Source: Escherichia phage vB_EcoM_G29
Sequence record: MK327940.1
Length of the DNA: 64,000 nt
Strand: one strand, 5' to 3'
In this document: positions 42,909 through 53,888 of the stretch, piece after piece
Numbering within the stretch: the first letter of the stretch is position 1
Layout: every line of letters begins with the position of its first letter
Translations under genes and position numbers: made by a program
Notes under the pieces: generated by a model
What the model saw: only the letters and a program-made list of their open reading frames with translations
The model's database searches: none
Told to the model about the DNA's origin: nothing

Positions 42909-43562
42909 TTAATACTTGCAAGATTTCACAGTTTCAATGAAAACATTTTTAGCTTTCTGTGAATCAATATTTAAAATTTTTCTATAAGCCTTTAACTTTA
43001 TAGAATAATTATTCCAGACTAAATTATCAGTCTGTTCATCATGTTTATCAATTATATTTAAAAACGAATCAAGCAAGATAAACGTTTCAAACGAAATTAT
43101 ATTCGATTGAAGTAGTTTAAAAATATAACTTGATTGAACTTTTGGATTATACTCAAAGATTTCTTTAAAAGCAGAAACTTCAACTTTTTTACTAAAATAG
43201 TAAATATTGCGAATATCTTCTTCAAACTTAAATTTAATTTGCTTTAAGCGTCCGATATATTCACGATAAAACACAAGTGCATCAGCGTCAGAGATGTCAC
43301 CAATCCAAGCATCTTGGTTAGCAACCAAATTACTTATAAAAATTAAAGCAAGTTCCTTTAATTTATATTTTTCTGATAACTTCTGGAAAAAATACTTATC
43401 CCTTCGCTTTTGATAAGCGGCATCAGACACCCGCATGCACCAATTATACTTAATTACATCATACTTTCCATTCATATGCTGTTTTATCATTAAGTATAAT
43501 TTATAAACTGATTTACCATCAATGTATCTTTCACCACCAGCAGGCATGCGGAGTTTAATCAT
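42909..43562 (-). CDS. 59: gp59 helicase loader
   Basis: 217-aa ORF, T4 gp59 length; only 100 bp separate it from gene 32. Confidence 0.9.
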   Translation of the reverse strand: MIKLRMPAGGERYIDGKSVYKLYLMIKQHMNGKYDVIKYNWCMRVSDAAYQKRRDKYFFQKLSEKYKLKELALIFISNLVANQDAWIGDISDADALVFYREYIGRLKQIKFKFEEDIRNIYYFSKKVEVSAFKEIFEYNPKVQSSYIFKLLQSNIISFETFILLDSFLNIIDKHDEQTDNLVWNNYSIKLKAYRKILNIDSQKAKNVFIETVKSCKY

Positions 43563-43897
43563 AGTAGAAAATCTAATGTATTAGTTTTTTCACAACGAAC
43601 AACAGAAGGACGTAAAAGATTTTCGTCAATAGCTTCTGACTGAATTTTTTCAATTATACCCGAAGGAATAAATTTAGCAAATTGAGTTTCAGGAATAGAA
43701 TTTTCTTCTAAGAATGCTGTTGTAGCTTCAAGATAACTCATTCCAAACTCTTCTACCATTTTTTCAATAATAAATCCATTTTCTTGGCGGTCAAGAAGCT
43801 TTGCAATTTCATCCTTTTCTTTCTTAATTGAAAGTTCTTTTTCTGAAAGTCCGGTCTCATCGACCGGACGAATATCATTTAGAGAAAACTGTGTCAT
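43559..43897 (-). CDS. 33: gp33 late-transcription co-activator
   Basis: 112 aa from MTQFSLNDIRPVDETGLSEKE...; ATGA overlap with gene 59. Confidence 0.8.
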   Translation of the reverse strand: MTQFSLNDIRPVDETGLSEKELSIKKEKDEIAKLLDRQENGFIIEKMVEEFGMSYLEATTAFLEENSIPETQFAKFIPSGIIEKIQSEAIDENLLRPSVVRCEKTNTLDFLL

Positions 43898-44144
43898 AAA
43901 GTTCAACTACCTCTTCAGTTTCAGCTTCAAACACATCACGATTATCTTTATGATACAAAGCTAACAGACGATTAAACATCTTACCATCAACGCCAAGTTC
44001 ATCTTTGGCACGAATTCGAATATCTTTAATCAATTCATTATAACCAGAAATTTTCAGTTTATGATCAGATGCTTCTTTAATAAATTTAGCCAAGTCTTCG
44101 CCATGGATAGCTTCATCAAATTCAACCATTTCTTTTTTAGCCAT
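43875..44144 (-). CDS. dsbA: DsbA double-stranded DNA-binding protein
   Basis: 89-aa ORF overlapping the gene 33 start, as in T4. Confidence 0.75.
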   Translation of the reverse strand: MAKKEMVEFDEAIHGEDLAKFIKEASDHKLKISGYNELIKDIRIRAKDELGVDGKMFNRLLALYHKDNRDVFEAETEEVVELYDTVFSK

Positions 44145-44152
44145 TATTCACC

Positions 44153-45070
44153 TCAAAATTCATTAATGCTATTAGTTAATTTAGAAAGACCCGCTTTTAC
44201 AAAATATGAATAAATTTTGCCGCGCGGTGGTAATTTATATGAATTATAGTAATTCACAATGTTTGAAGCAATATTATCAGGAATATAATCAAAATCAATT
44301 AGAACTAAATTTTCTTTATAACGATTATATTCAGATTCTGTGAGAAGCACCTTAGCTTGCTCACGGTCATTAGCAATAGCTTCAACAATAGAGGTTTTCA
44401 TTGAAGGAGTTCGTTCACCTTCAACTCTGGTAAACCAAAAGTCAGATCGTACTTTAACTGAAGCAACGTTATCCTTTTTGTCGCCTTTAAGGATTTTAGT
44501 CATACAGTCAATTTCAGCAGAACCGCTTTTAATTTTAACCCATTTCTTGTGCATCGGTGACCATTGCTTAACATTTGGGTATTTGTGAAGTTGAGTAAAG
44601 TCACCATCCGACGAAATGATTAAAATCTTATGTCCTTCTAAAGAGAACTTTTTAACAAGAACAGCGATATGATCATCTGCTTCATACTTATCAATATCCA
44701 TAACGATGTATGGCATATAAGCTTTCAATTCATCTATAACTTTATGACTGGATTCAAAATAACCTTCCCAGTCCCAAGTAGATTCTTCTCGTGCTTTTCC
44801 ACGGTTTTTCTTATAATAATAAGCGAAATCACGACGCCAGTATCCAGATTTCGCATTATCAATACACAATACAATTTTAGTGTATCCAAGAGTTTTTGCT
44901 TTTTTAACATTGAACTTAATTGAGTTCAATATCAAATGACGAACCATTGATAAATTAATTTTTTCTTTATCTGGGAAGTTTACCAGAGCAGTTGAAAGCG
45001 CAATCTGACTAAAGTCAATTAAGCAAATTCCTTCTTTGTAATCTTCATCCAGCATCATTTCTAAATCCAT
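44153..45070 (-). CDS. rnh: RNase H (5'-3' exonuclease / flap endonuclease)
   Basis: 305 aa from MDLEMMLDEDYKEGICLIDF...; acidic metal-binding motifs (CIDN, DDHIAV, SSDGDF). Confidence 0.9.
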   Translation of the reverse strand: MDLEMMLDEDYKEGICLIDFSQIALSTALVNFPDKEKINLSMVRHLILNSIKFNVKKAKTLGYTKIVLCIDNAKSGYWRRDFAYYYKKNRGKAREESTWDWEGYFESSHKVIDELKAYMPYIVMDIDKYEADDHIAVLVKKFSLEGHKILIISSDGDFTQLHKYPNVKQWSPMHKKWVKIKSGSAEIDCMTKILKGDKKDNVASVKVRSDFWFTRVEGERTPSMKTSIVEAIANDREQAKVLLTESEYNRYKENLVLIDFDYIPDNIASNIVNYYNSYKLPPRGKIYSYFVKAGLSKLTNSINEF

Positions 45071-45099
45071 ATGAACCTCGTTCAATTAGTGAGATTTCT

Positions 45100-45129
45100 A
45101 TTATATACTATCTAAATCTTAAAGTAAAC
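45100..45129 (-). promoter_or_regulatory. T4-type early promoter for rnh
   Basis: Minus strand GTTTAC-18 nt-TATAAT. Confidence 0.6.
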
Positions 45130-45132
45130 AGG

Positions 45133-45140
45133 TATAAATA
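45133..45140 (+). promoter_or_regulatory. Late promoter (TATAAATA) for gene 34
   Basis: Exact TATAAATA 35 nt upstream of the gene 34 ATG. Confidence 0.7.
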
Positions 45141-45174
45141 CTTATTATTGAAAACACAATAGGAGCCCGGGAGA

Positions 45175-48100
45175 ATGGCCGAGATTAAAAGAAAGTTCAG
45201 AGCAGAAGATGGTCTGGACGCAGGTGGCGATAAAATAATCAACGTAGCTTTAGCTGACCGTACCGTAGGAACTGACGGTGTTAACGTTGATTACTTAATT
45301 CAAGAAAACACAGTTCAGCAATATGATCCAACTCGTGGATATTTAAAAGATTTTGTAATCATTTATAATAATCGTTTTTGGGCAGCAACGGATAATATTC
45401 CAAAACCTGCTGGAAATTTTAATAGAATTCGTTGGAAAGCATTACGTACTGATGCCGTATATACAACCGTATCATCTGGACCATATCAATTAAAATCCGG
45501 AGAAGCAATTTCAGTAGATACATCAGTTGGCAATGACATTGAGTTTACTTTACCACCTTCTCCGCTTGATGGAGAAACCGTAATAATTCAAGATATCGGT
45601 GGAAAACCTGGCATAAATCAGGTTAAAATAAATTCTTCAAATCAGAGTATTGTCAATTTTAGAGGTGAACAGGTACGTTCAGTTTTAATGACTCATCCAA
45701 AGTCACAGATGATATTCATTTTTAATAATCGTTTGTGGCAAATGTATGTTGCTGATTATAGCAGAGAAGCTGCGATTGTTACTCCATCGACTGCGTATCA
45801 AGCACAATCTAATGATTTTATCGTACGTAGATTTACTTCTGCTGCACCAATTAATGTTAAACTTCCGAGATTTGCTAATCATGGCGATATTATTAATTTC
45901 GTTGATTTAGATAAACTGAATCCACTTTATCATACAATTGTTACTACATACGATGAAACGACTTCAGTACAAGAAGTTGGAACTCATTCCATTGAAGGCC
46001 GTACATCGATTGACGGTTTCTTGATGTTTGACGATAATGAGAAATTGTGGAGATTGTTTGACGGGGATAGTAAAGCACGTTTACGCATTATAACAACTAA
46101 TTCAAATATTCGTCCAAATGAAGAAGTCATGGTATTTGGCGCGAATAATGGAACAACCCAAACAATTGAACTTCAGCTTCCGACTGATATTTCTGTTGGT
46201 GATACTGTTAAAATTTCCATGAATTACATGAGAAAAGGACAAACAGTTAAAATCAAAGCTGCTGGTGAAGATAAAATTGCTTCTTCAGTTCAATTGCTGC
46301 AATTCCCAAAACGTTCAGAATATCCGCCTGAAGCTGAATGGGTAACAGTTCAAGAATTAGTTTTTAATGGTGAAACTAATTATGTACCAGTTTTGCAACT
46401 TGCTTATATAGAAGATTCTGATGGAAAATACTGGGTTGTACAGCAAAACGTTCCAACAGTTGAAAGAGTCGATTCTTTAAATAATTCTACTAGAGCAAGA
46501 TTAGGCGTAATTGCTTTAGCTACACAAGCTCAAGCAAATGCTGATTTAGAAAATTCTCCACAAAAAGAATTAGCAATTACTCCAGAAACGTTAGCTAATC
46601 GTACTGCTACTGAAACTCGCAGAGGTATTGCAAGAATAGCAACTACTGCTCAAGTAAATCAGAACACCACATTCTCTTTTGCAGATGACCTTATCATCAC
46701 TCCTAAAAAGCTGAATGAAAGAACTGCTACAGAAACTCGTAGAGGTGTTGCTGAAATTGCTACGCAGCAAGAAACTAATACAGGTACTGATGATACTACA
46801 ATCATCACTCCTAAAAAGCTTCAAGCTCGTCAAGGTTCTGAATCATTATCTGGTATTGTAACTTTTGTATCTACCGCAGGAGCTACTCCAGCTTCTAGTC
46901 GTGAATTAAATGGTACGAATGTTTATAATAAAAACACTAATAATTTAGTTGTTTCACCTAAAGCTTTGGATCAGTATAAAGCTACTCCAACGCAACAAGG
47001 CGCAGTAATTTTAGCAGTTGAAAGTGAAGTAATTGCTGGACAAAGCCAAGAAGGATGGGCAAATGCGGTTGTAACGCCAGAAACGTTACATAAAAAGACA
47101 TCAACTGATGGAAGAATTGGTTTAATTGAAATTGCTACGCAAAGTGAAGTTAATACAGGAACTGACTATACTCGTGCAGTCACTCCTAAAACTTTAAATG
47201 ACCGTAGAGCAACTGAAAGTTTAAGTGGTATAGCTGAAATTGCTACGCAAGTTGAATTCGACGCAGGCGTCGACGATACTCGTATCTCTACACCATTAAA
47301 AATTAAAACCAGATTTAATAGTACTGATCGTACTTCTGTTGTTGCTCTATCTGGATTAGTTGAATCAGGAACTCTCTGGGACCATTATACCCTTAATATT
47401 CTTGAAGCAAATGAGACACAGCGTGGTACACTTCGTGTAGCTACACAAGTTGAAGCTGCTGCAGGAACATTAGATAATGTTTTAATAACTCCTAAAAAGC
47501 TTTTAGGTACTAAATCTACCGAATCGCAAGAAGGTGTTATTAAAGTTGCAACTCAGTCTGAAACTGTGACTGGAACGTCAGCAAATACTGCTGTATCTCC
47601 AAAAAATTTAAAATGGATTGTGCAGAGTGAACCAACTTGGGCAGCAACTACTCTGATAAGAGGGTTTGTTAAAACTTCTTCTGGTTCATTAACGTTTGTT
47701 GGTAATGATACGGTAGGTTCAACACAGCCATTAGAATCATATGAGAAAAATGGTTATGCAGTATCACCATATGAATTAAATCGCGTATTAGCAAATTATT
47801 TGCCGTTAAAAGCAAAAGCTGCTGACGCAAATTTATTAGATGGTCTAGATTCATCTCAGTTCATTCGTAGGGATATTGCCCAGACAGTTAATGGTTCACT
47901 AACCTTAACCAAACAAACGAACCTGAGTGCCCCTCTTGTATCATCTAGTACTGCTACGTTTGGTGGATCAGTTTCAGCAAATAGTACACTAACTATTTCT
48001 AATACTGGAACGGCAACTCAATTAATTTTTGAGAAAGGACCTCAAACTGGAACAAACCCGACTCAAACAATGACTGTAAAAGTGTGGGGAAATCAATTTA

Positions 48101-49044
48101 GTGGGGAGTCAGACACAACACGTTCTACTGTATTTGAAGTTAGTGATGAAACTTCTAGTCATTTTTATTCTCAGCGTAATAAAGCTGGTAATATAACATT
48201 TAATATCAACGGTACAGTAACACCGATAAATGTGAATGCTTCAGGAACATTGAATGCGAATGGCGTTGCTACATTTGGTAATTCAGTCACTGCAACTGGT
48301 GAAATTATTTCTCGAAGCGCAAATGCTTTCCGTGCTATTAATGGAAATTATGGTTTCATTATTCGTAATGACGGGTCAGTAACGAATTTTATGCTTACTG
48401 CATCAGGCAATCAAACTGGTGGATTTAATGGATTACGTCCATTGTCCATTAATAATCAATCTGGGCAGGTCACAATTGGTGAAAGCTTGATCATTGCTAA
48501 AGGTGCTACTATAAATTCAGGTGGTTTAACTGTTAACTCGAGAATTCGTTCTCAAGGTGTTAAAACATCTGATTTATATACCCGTGCGCCGACATCTGAT
48601 ACTGTAGGATTCTGGTCAATCGATATTAATGATTCAGCCACTTATAACCAGTTCCCGGGTTATTTTAAAATGGTTGAAAAAACTAATGAAGTTACTGGAC
48701 TTCCATACTTAGAACGTGGCGAAGAAGTTAAATCTCCTGGTACATTGACTCAGTTTGGTAACACACTTGATTCACTTTACCAAGATTGGATTACTTATCC
48801 AACGACTCCAGAAGCACGTACCACTCGCTGGACACGTACATGGCAAAAAACTAAAAACTCTTGGTCAAGTTTTGTTCAGGTATTTGATGGAGGTAACCCT
48901 CCTCAACCTTCGGATATAGGAGCAATTCCATCTGATAATGGAATAATAGGTAATCTTACTATTCGTGATTTCTTACGAATTGGTAATGTTCGCATTATTC
49001 CTGACCCAGTGAATAAAACTGTTAAATTTGAATGGGTTGAATAA
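45175..49044 (+). CDS. 34: gp34 long tail fibre proximal subunit
   Basis: 1289-aa ORF (T4 gp34 length) with internal repeated fibre motifs (TPKKL...ETRRG...ATQ). Confidence 0.9.
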   Translation: MAEIKRKFRAEDGLDAGGDKIINVALADRTVGTDGVNVDYLIQENTVQQYDPTRGYLKDFVIIYNNRFWAATDNIPKPAGNFNRIRWKALRTDAVYTTVSSGPYQLKSGEAISVDTSVGNDIEFTLPPSPLDGETVIIQDIGGKPGINQVKINSSNQSIVNFRGEQVRSVLMTHPKSQMIFIFNNRLWQMYVADYSREAAIVTPSTAYQAQSNDFIVRRFTSAAPINVKLPRFANHGDIINFVDLDKLNPLYHTIVTTYDETTSVQEVGTHSIEGRTSIDGFLMFDDNEKLWRLFDGDSKARLRIITTNSNIRPNEEVMVFGANNGTTQTIELQLPTDISVGDTVKISMNYMRKGQTVKIKAAGEDKIASSVQLLQFPKRSEYPPEAEWVTVQELVFNGETNYVPVLQLAYIEDSDGKYWVVQQNVPTVERVDSLNNSTRARLGVIALATQAQANADLENSPQKELAITPETLANRTATETRRGIARIATTAQVNQNTTFSFADDLIITPKKLNERTATETRRGVAEIATQQETNTGTDDTTIITPKKLQARQGSESLSGIVTFVSTAGATPASSRELNGTNVYNKNTNNLVVSPKALDQYKATPTQQGAVILAVESEVIAGQSQEGWANAVVTPETLHKKTSTDGRIGLIEIATQSEVNTGTDYTRAVTPKTLNDRRATESLSGIAEIATQVEFDAGVDDTRISTPLKIKTRFNSTDRTSVVALSGLVESGTLWDHYTLNILEANETQRGTLRVATQVEAAAGTLDNVLITPKKLLGTKSTESQEGVIKVATQSETVTGTSANTAVSPKNLKWIVQSEPTWAATTLIRGFVKTSSGSLTFVGNDTVGSTQPLESYEKNGYAVSPYELNRVLANYLPLKAKAADANLLDGLDSSQFIRRDIAQTVNGSLTLTKQTNLSAPLVSSSTATFGGSVSANSTLTISNTGTATQLIFEKGPQTGTNPTQTMTVKVWGNQFSGESDTTRSTVFEVSDETSSHFYSQRNKAGNITFNINGTVTPINVNASGTLNANGVATFGNSVTATGEIISRSANAFRAINGNYGFIIRNDGSVTNFMLTASGNQTGGFNGLRPLSINNQSGQVTIGESLIIAKGATINSGGLTVNSRIRSQGVKTSDLYTRAPTSDTVGFWSIDINDSATYNQFPGYFKMVEKTNEVTGLPYLERGEEVKSPGTLTQFGNTLDSLYQDWITYPTTPEARTTRWTRTWQKTKNSWSSFVQVFDGGNPPQPSDIGAIPSDNGIIGNLTIRDFLRIGNVRIIPDPVNKTVKFEWVE

Positions 49045-49052
49045 GAGGTATT

Positions 49053-50168
49053 ATGGAAAAATTTATGGCAGAGTTTGGACAAGGATATGTCCAAACGCCA
49101 TTTTTATCGGAAAGCAATTCAGTAAGATATAAAATAAGCATAGCGGGCTCTTGCCCGCTTTCTACTGCAGGGCCATATGTTAAATTTCAGGATAATCCCG
49201 TTGGAAATCAAACATTTAGTGCAGGTCTTCATTTAAGAGTTTTTGACCCTTCTACGGGAGCATTAGTTGATAGTAAGTCATATGCTTTTTCTGCTTCAAA
49301 CAATACAACATCTGCCGCTTTTGTCAGTTTCATGAATTCTTTGTCAAACAATAGACTTGTTGCTATATTAACTAGCGGAAAGGTTAATTTTCCTCCTGAA
49401 GTGGTATCTTGGTTAAGGGGAGCAGGAACTTCAGTTTTTCCATCAGATTCAGTATTGTCAAGATTTGACGTATCATATGCTGCTTTTTATACTTCTTCTA
49501 AAAGAGCTATTGCATTAGAGCATGTTAAACTAAGTAATAGAAAAAGCACAGATGATTATCAAACTATTTTAGATGTTGTATTTGATAGTTTAGAAGACGT
49601 CGGAGCGACAGGATTTCCAAAAAGAACTTATGAAAGTGTCGAGCAATTCATGTCAGCAGTTGGTGGAACTAATAACGAAATTGCGCGATTGCCAACTTCA
49701 GCTGCTATAAGTAAACTTTCTGACTATAATTTAATTCCTGGTGATGTTCTTTATCTTAAAGCACAGTTATATGCTGATGCTGATTTACTTGATCTTGGAA
49801 CTACAAACATATCCATTCGTTTTTATGATGCATCAAATGGATATATTTCCTCTACCCAAGCTGAGTTTACTGGGCAAGCTGGGTCATGGGAATTAAAGGA
49901 AGATTATGTAGTTGTTCCTGAAAATGCAGTCGGATTTACTATATATGCGCAGAGAACTGCTCAAGCTGGTCAAGGCGGAATGAGGAATTTAAGCTTTTCT
50001 GAAGTATCAAGAAATGGCGGCATTTCAAAACCTGCCGAATTTGGCGTCAACGGTATTCGCGTTAATTATGTCTGTGAATCGGCTTCACCTCCAGATATAA
50101 TGGTACTTCCTACACAAGCCTCTTCTAAAACTGGCAAAGTGTTTGGACAGGAATTTAGAGAAGTTTAA
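49053..50168 (+). CDS. 35: gp35 long tail fibre hinge
   Basis: 371-aa ORF directly after gene 34. Confidence 0.85.
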   Translation: MEKFMAEFGQGYVQTPFLSESNSVRYKISIAGSCPLSTAGPYVKFQDNPVGNQTFSAGLHLRVFDPSTGALVDSKSYAFSASNNTTSAAFVSFMNSLSNNRLVAILTSGKVNFPPEVVSWLRGAGTSVFPSDSVLSRFDVSYAAFYTSSKRAIALEHVKLSNRKSTDDYQTILDVVFDSLEDVGATGFPKRTYESVEQFMSAVGGTNNEIARLPTSAAISKLSDYNLIPGDVLYLKAQLYADADLLDLGTTNISIRFYDASNGYISSTQAEFTGQAGSWELKEDYVVVPENAVGFTIYAQRTAQAGQGGMRNLSFSEVSRNGGISKPAEFGVNGIRVNYVCESASPPDIMVLPTQASSKTGKVFGQEFREV

Positions 50169-50173
50169 ACTGA

Positions 50174-50200
50174 GGGAGCCTTCGGGTTCCCTTTTTCTTT
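50174..50200 (+). terminator. Terminator after gene 35
   Basis: GGGAGCC-UUCG-GGUUCCC hairpin followed by uuuuucuuu. Confidence 0.65.
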
Positions 50201-50207
50201 ATAAATA
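50200..50207 (+). promoter_or_regulatory. Late promoter (TATAAATA) for gene 36
   Basis: Exact TATAAATA 24 nt upstream of the gene 36 ATG. Confidence 0.7.
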
Positions 50208-50230
50208 ATATTAAAATAAAGGGGCATATA

Positions 50231-50881
50231 ATGGCTGATTTAAAAGTAGGTTCAACTGTAGGTGGATCTGTCATTTGGCATCAAGGAAATTTTCCATTGA
50301 ATTCAGCCGGTGACGATGTACTCTACAAATCATTTAAAATATATTCAGAATATAATAAACCACAGGCAGCTGATAACGATTTCGTTTCTAAAGCTAATGG
50401 TGGTACTTACACCGGTCCAATTACTATTAATTACGGGGTAAATAGTTATCTTCAATTAAGTAATAATGAAACCCCCATTCGAATTCGTTCTGGTGGCGGT
50501 ACCGGTAATACTCTTGTAGTTGGCGGCTCTTCCGGCGGTATTAGTTTTAGACCTGCAGGTAGTGAAATCACTACTGGACAAATTACTATTACACCAGAAG
50601 GTTTGACAACATTTACCAGGGCTGTAACGGCTCCATCGGTAACTGTTACATCTACTCCTTCCGCAGCATCTGATGTTACTCGCAAAGATTATGTTGATGG
50701 AGCAATAAATACTGTTACAGCAAATGCAAACTCTAGGGTATTACGCTCTGGAGACACTATGACAGGAAATTTAACTGCGCCAAACCTTTTTTCACAGAAT
50801 CCTGCATCTCAACCTTCACACGTTCCACGATTTGACCAAATCGTAATTAAGGATTCTGTTCAAGATTTCGGCTATTATTAA
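50231..50881 (+). CDS. 36: gp36 long tail fibre distal connector
   Basis: 216-aa ORF. Confidence 0.85.
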   Translation: MADLKVGSTVGGSVIWHQGNFPLNSAGDDVLYKSFKIYSEYNKPQAADNDFVSKANGGTYTGPITINYGVNSYLQLSNNETPIRIRSGGGTGNTLVVGGSSGGISFRPAGSEITTGQITITPEGLTTFTRAVTAPSVTVTSTPSAASDVTRKDYVDGAINTVTANANSRVLRSGDTMTGNLTAPNLFSQNPASQPSHVPRFDQIVIKDSVQDFGYY

Positions 50882-50889
50882 GAGGACTT

Positions 50890-53856
50890 ATGGCTACTTT
50901 AAAACAAATACAATTTAAAAGAAGCAAAACTGCAGGTCAACGTCCTGCAGCTTCAGTATTAGCCGAAGGTGAATTGGCTATAAACTTAAAAGATAAAACA
51001 ATTTTCACAAAAGATGACTCAGGTAGTGTTATAGAATTAGGTTTAAAATATGGAGGAACTATAAATGGATCTTTAGAGGTTACAGAAAATATAACTGGAA
51101 CTTTAATTGGAAATTCTAGTACAGCTACTAAATTGCAAACACCTAGGAAAATTAATGGTATATCTTTTGATGGATCAAAGGACATTACACTAACTCCATC
51201 TGATATAAATGTAAATAGTACAACGTTTATAAAAAATAACGGCGAATTACCTGTTGATGCTAATTTAGATGAGTATGGGCCTGTTGAAGAATATCTTGGA
51301 GTTTGGTCGAAAGCAACTTCAACCAACGCTCAACCAGCAAATAAATTTCCAGAAGAAAATGCTGTAGGTGTTCTAGAAGTATTTGTGGCCGGTCAATTTG
51401 CTGGTACTCAGAGATATACAACTAGATACGGAAATGTTTATATTCGTTCCTTGACTGCTACATGGAACGGAGTAAACGGTCCGTGGAGTGCGTGGCGAAA
51501 TATTCAATCTGGTACTCGTCCACTGTCAACAACGATTGATCTTAATGATCTAGGAGGCGCTGAACACCTTGGTTTGTGGCGAAATAGTTCAAATTCCATT
51601 GCTACCTTTGACAGAAATTTCCCAGAAGAAGGATCGTCCGCTCAAGGACTTTTAGAAGTATATGAAGGTGGAAACTATTCTCGCACACAGAGATATACGA
51701 CCAGATTTGGTGTTGTTTATACTCGTTGTCTTGCTGCTGCGTGGGATGCTTCTGCGCCTAAATGGGGACCTTGGCAACAAGTCGGTAATGTCACACCGGC
51801 GACTTTCTATGACGGAGATCTGAATGATTTTAAAACTCCTGGGTTATATAATATTTTAGGCACTGATGCCGTTATTAACTGTCCTACCGGTGAAGGTTTG
51901 CCGACTGTTATTGTTGGTTTGCTGGAAGTTAAACAGCGTGCTTCTGGCGGTGCTATTTTCCAAAAATTTACTACTGCCGGAACGGGTGCAACTACTCGCG
52001 ATCGTATTTTTGAGCGTGCATATACTGGTGGTGTGTGGGGTGCATGGAACGAAGTATATACATCTTATTCTCTGCCAATTACTTTGGGTATGGGTGGTAT
52101 TAAAACTCAATTAGCGGAGCTAGACTGGCAAACCTTTGATTTTGTTCCTGGTAGTATGTTTAGTGTTCCTTTGAACAAAATAAAGAACATGCCAGCAAAT
52201 ATGGATTGGGGTGCGATTGACGGAAACTTGGTTATGTTTTCTGTCGGTCCTAGCGAACACACTAGCACAGGGCGTACTGTTCAGGTTTGGCGTGGTACTG
52301 TATCCCAGACAAACTACCGTTATTTTGTCGTTCGTGTGTTCGGTAATTCTGGAAATAGAACTTGCACAGTTCGCCGTGTTGTTCTTGAAGACGGATCACA
52401 TACTTGGACTGCTAAACAAGATTTTAATGGCGCAGTTAATTTTAACTCTACTGTTAACCTTAATAACACTACCACATTTAAAACAGAAGTTAAATTTCGC
52501 GCATTGAATGCGTTCCGCCTGTATGGCGGAAAATTTGGTACATTTTTCCGTAATGATGGAGAGAGTCTTTATATTCTTTCCACCGACGAAGATGATCAAG
52601 ATGGAAACTTTAACACAAATAGACCTTTCCGTTATGAATTAAGAACTGGTGATGTTACTTTGGGTGGTATTAGTGGTGCTAACGTTTTAAAATTAAAACG
52701 TGATTCTCTCACCGCATTTTTTGGTGGTGATATTAACATGAAAGGCTTGATGACTTTTGACGCCGGACGTTTAGGATCACGAGATTATTTTAAATTTAAC
52801 CATTGGGGTGATAGCAATAACGCTCGTGATAACATTATTCAGTTAGAAGATAGCAAAGGCGTTCATTTTTCCACTGAACGTACTTTAGCGACTGGTGCAA
52901 TTAAGACTAAATTTTTTGGTGAAGTTGAATCCGAAGGTAGATTGATTATTAAACGTCCGGGTGATTCTATTGTATTATCAACAACTGCTAGTAATTCTTT
53001 GCATATTCGCGGTGATATAGACGGGACTGGTAACTGGTATATTGGTAAAGGTGGTGCTGATAATGGATTAGCGTTCTATAGTTATGCTACTAATGCTGGT
53101 GTATACATTACAAACGCAGGAGATATCTCGCTAAGTCCAAAGGGTGCCGAAATGGCTCAGGTCAATAACGTTCGATTATATGTTCATGGTGAACGTTGGA
53201 CTGCTAGTCAACCAGGTGATTGGGGTAGTCAGTGGCAAGTGGAAGCGCCAATATTCGTCGATCATGGTTATGTTGGACCAGATAGCTATTATCCAATTAT
53301 TAAAGGAAGAAGTGTAATCACCAATCAAGGGTTTGTAACTGCCGTCGATCTTGGTATTCGTCGTGTCAATAACAATTGGGGACAAGCAATTATTCGTGTT
53401 GGATCTGCGGAGGCATCGCCAGCGGCTGGACACCCTAACGCGATATTTGAATTTCATTACGACGGTACTTTCTATTCTCCTGGTAATGGTAACTTTAACG
53501 ATGTGTATATTCGTTCCGATGGTCGACTTAAGATCAATAAAGAAGAGTTAGAAAACGGAGCACTTGAAAAAGTATGCCGACTGAAAGTTTATACATACGA
53601 TAAGGTTAAGTCTATTAAAGATCGTAGTGTTATTAAACGTGAAGTTGGTATTATTGCTCAGGATCTTGAAAAAGAATTATCAGAAGCTGTATCTAAAGTT
53701 GAAGTTGATGGATCTGATGTTCTGACAATTTCTAACTCCGCTGTAAATGCTCTTTTAATTAAGGCTATCCAAGAAATGAGCGAAGAAATTAAAGAATTAA
53801 AAACGCCTTTCTTCACTAAAATTGCTCGCAAAATTAGTAATTATTTTAAATTCTAA
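50890..53856 (+). CDS. 37: gp37 long tail fibre distal subunit with C-terminal chaperone domain
   Basis: 988-aa ORF; the last ~110 aa (from S|[11 protein letters not shown]...) look like an intramolecular chaperone / auto-cleavage domain. Confidence 0.9.
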   Translation: MATLKQIQFKRSKTAGQRPAASVLAEGELAINLKDKTIFTKDDSGSVIELGLKYGGTINGSLEVTENITGTLIGNSSTATKLQTPRKINGISFDGSKDITLTPSDINVNSTTFIKNNGELPVDANLDEYGPVEEYLGVWSKATSTNAQPANKFPEENAVGVLEVFVAGQFAGTQRYTTRYGNVYIRSLTATWNGVNGPWSAWRNIQSGTRPLSTTIDLNDLGGAEHLGLWRNSSNSIATFDRNFPEEGSSAQGLLEVYEGGNYSRTQRYTTRFGVVYTRCLAAAWDASAPKWGPWQQVGNVTPATFYDGDLNDFKTPGLYNILGTDAVINCPTGEGLPTVIVGLLEVKQRASGGAIFQKFTTAGTGATTRDRIFERAYTGGVWGAWNEVYTSYSLPITLGMGGIKTQLAELDWQTFDFVPGSMFSVPLNKIKNMPANMDWGAIDGNLVMFSVGPSEHTSTGRTVQVWRGTVSQTNYRYFVVRVFGNSGNRTCTVRRVVLEDGSHTWTAKQDFNGAVNFNSTVNLNNTTTFKTEVKFRALNAFRLYGGKFGTFFRNDGESLYILSTDEDDQDGNFNTNRPFRYELRTGDVTLGGISGANVLKLKRDSLTAFFGGDINMKGLMTFDAGRLGSRDYFKFNHWGDSNNARDNIIQLEDSKGVHFSTERTLATGAIKTKFFGEVESEGRLIIKRPGDSIVLSTTASNSLHIRGDIDGTGNWYIGKGGADNGLAFYSYATNAGVYITNAGDISLSPKGAEMAQVNNVRLYVHGERWTASQPGDWGSQWQVEAPIFVDHGYVGPDSYYPIIKGRSVITNQGFVTAVDLGIRRVNNNWGQAIIRVGSAEASPAAGHPNAIFEFHYDGTFYSPGNGNFNDVYIRSDGRLKINKEELENGALEKVCRLKVYTYDKVKSIKDRSVIKREVGIIAQDLEKELSEAVSKVEVDGSDVLTISNSAVNALLIKAIQEMSEEIKELKTPFFTKIARKISNYFKF
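53518..53853 (+). other. Predicted C-terminal intramolecular chaperone domain of gp37 (removed after folding)
   Basis: Motif [12 protein letters not shown]...[12 protein letters not shown] resembles auto-processing chaperone domains of other phage fibres. Confidence 0.55.
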
Positions 53857-53888
53857 CAACAAGGGGCTTTGCCCCTTTGGAGAAAATT

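Noticed and set aside
45400-45450. Possible ori(34)-type middle promoter inside the 5' end of gene 34
   Set aside because: A TGCTTTC box on the minus strand is present, but the following A is missing and the spacing to a -10-like TATTAA is about 10 nt instead of 12-13; too weak to call.
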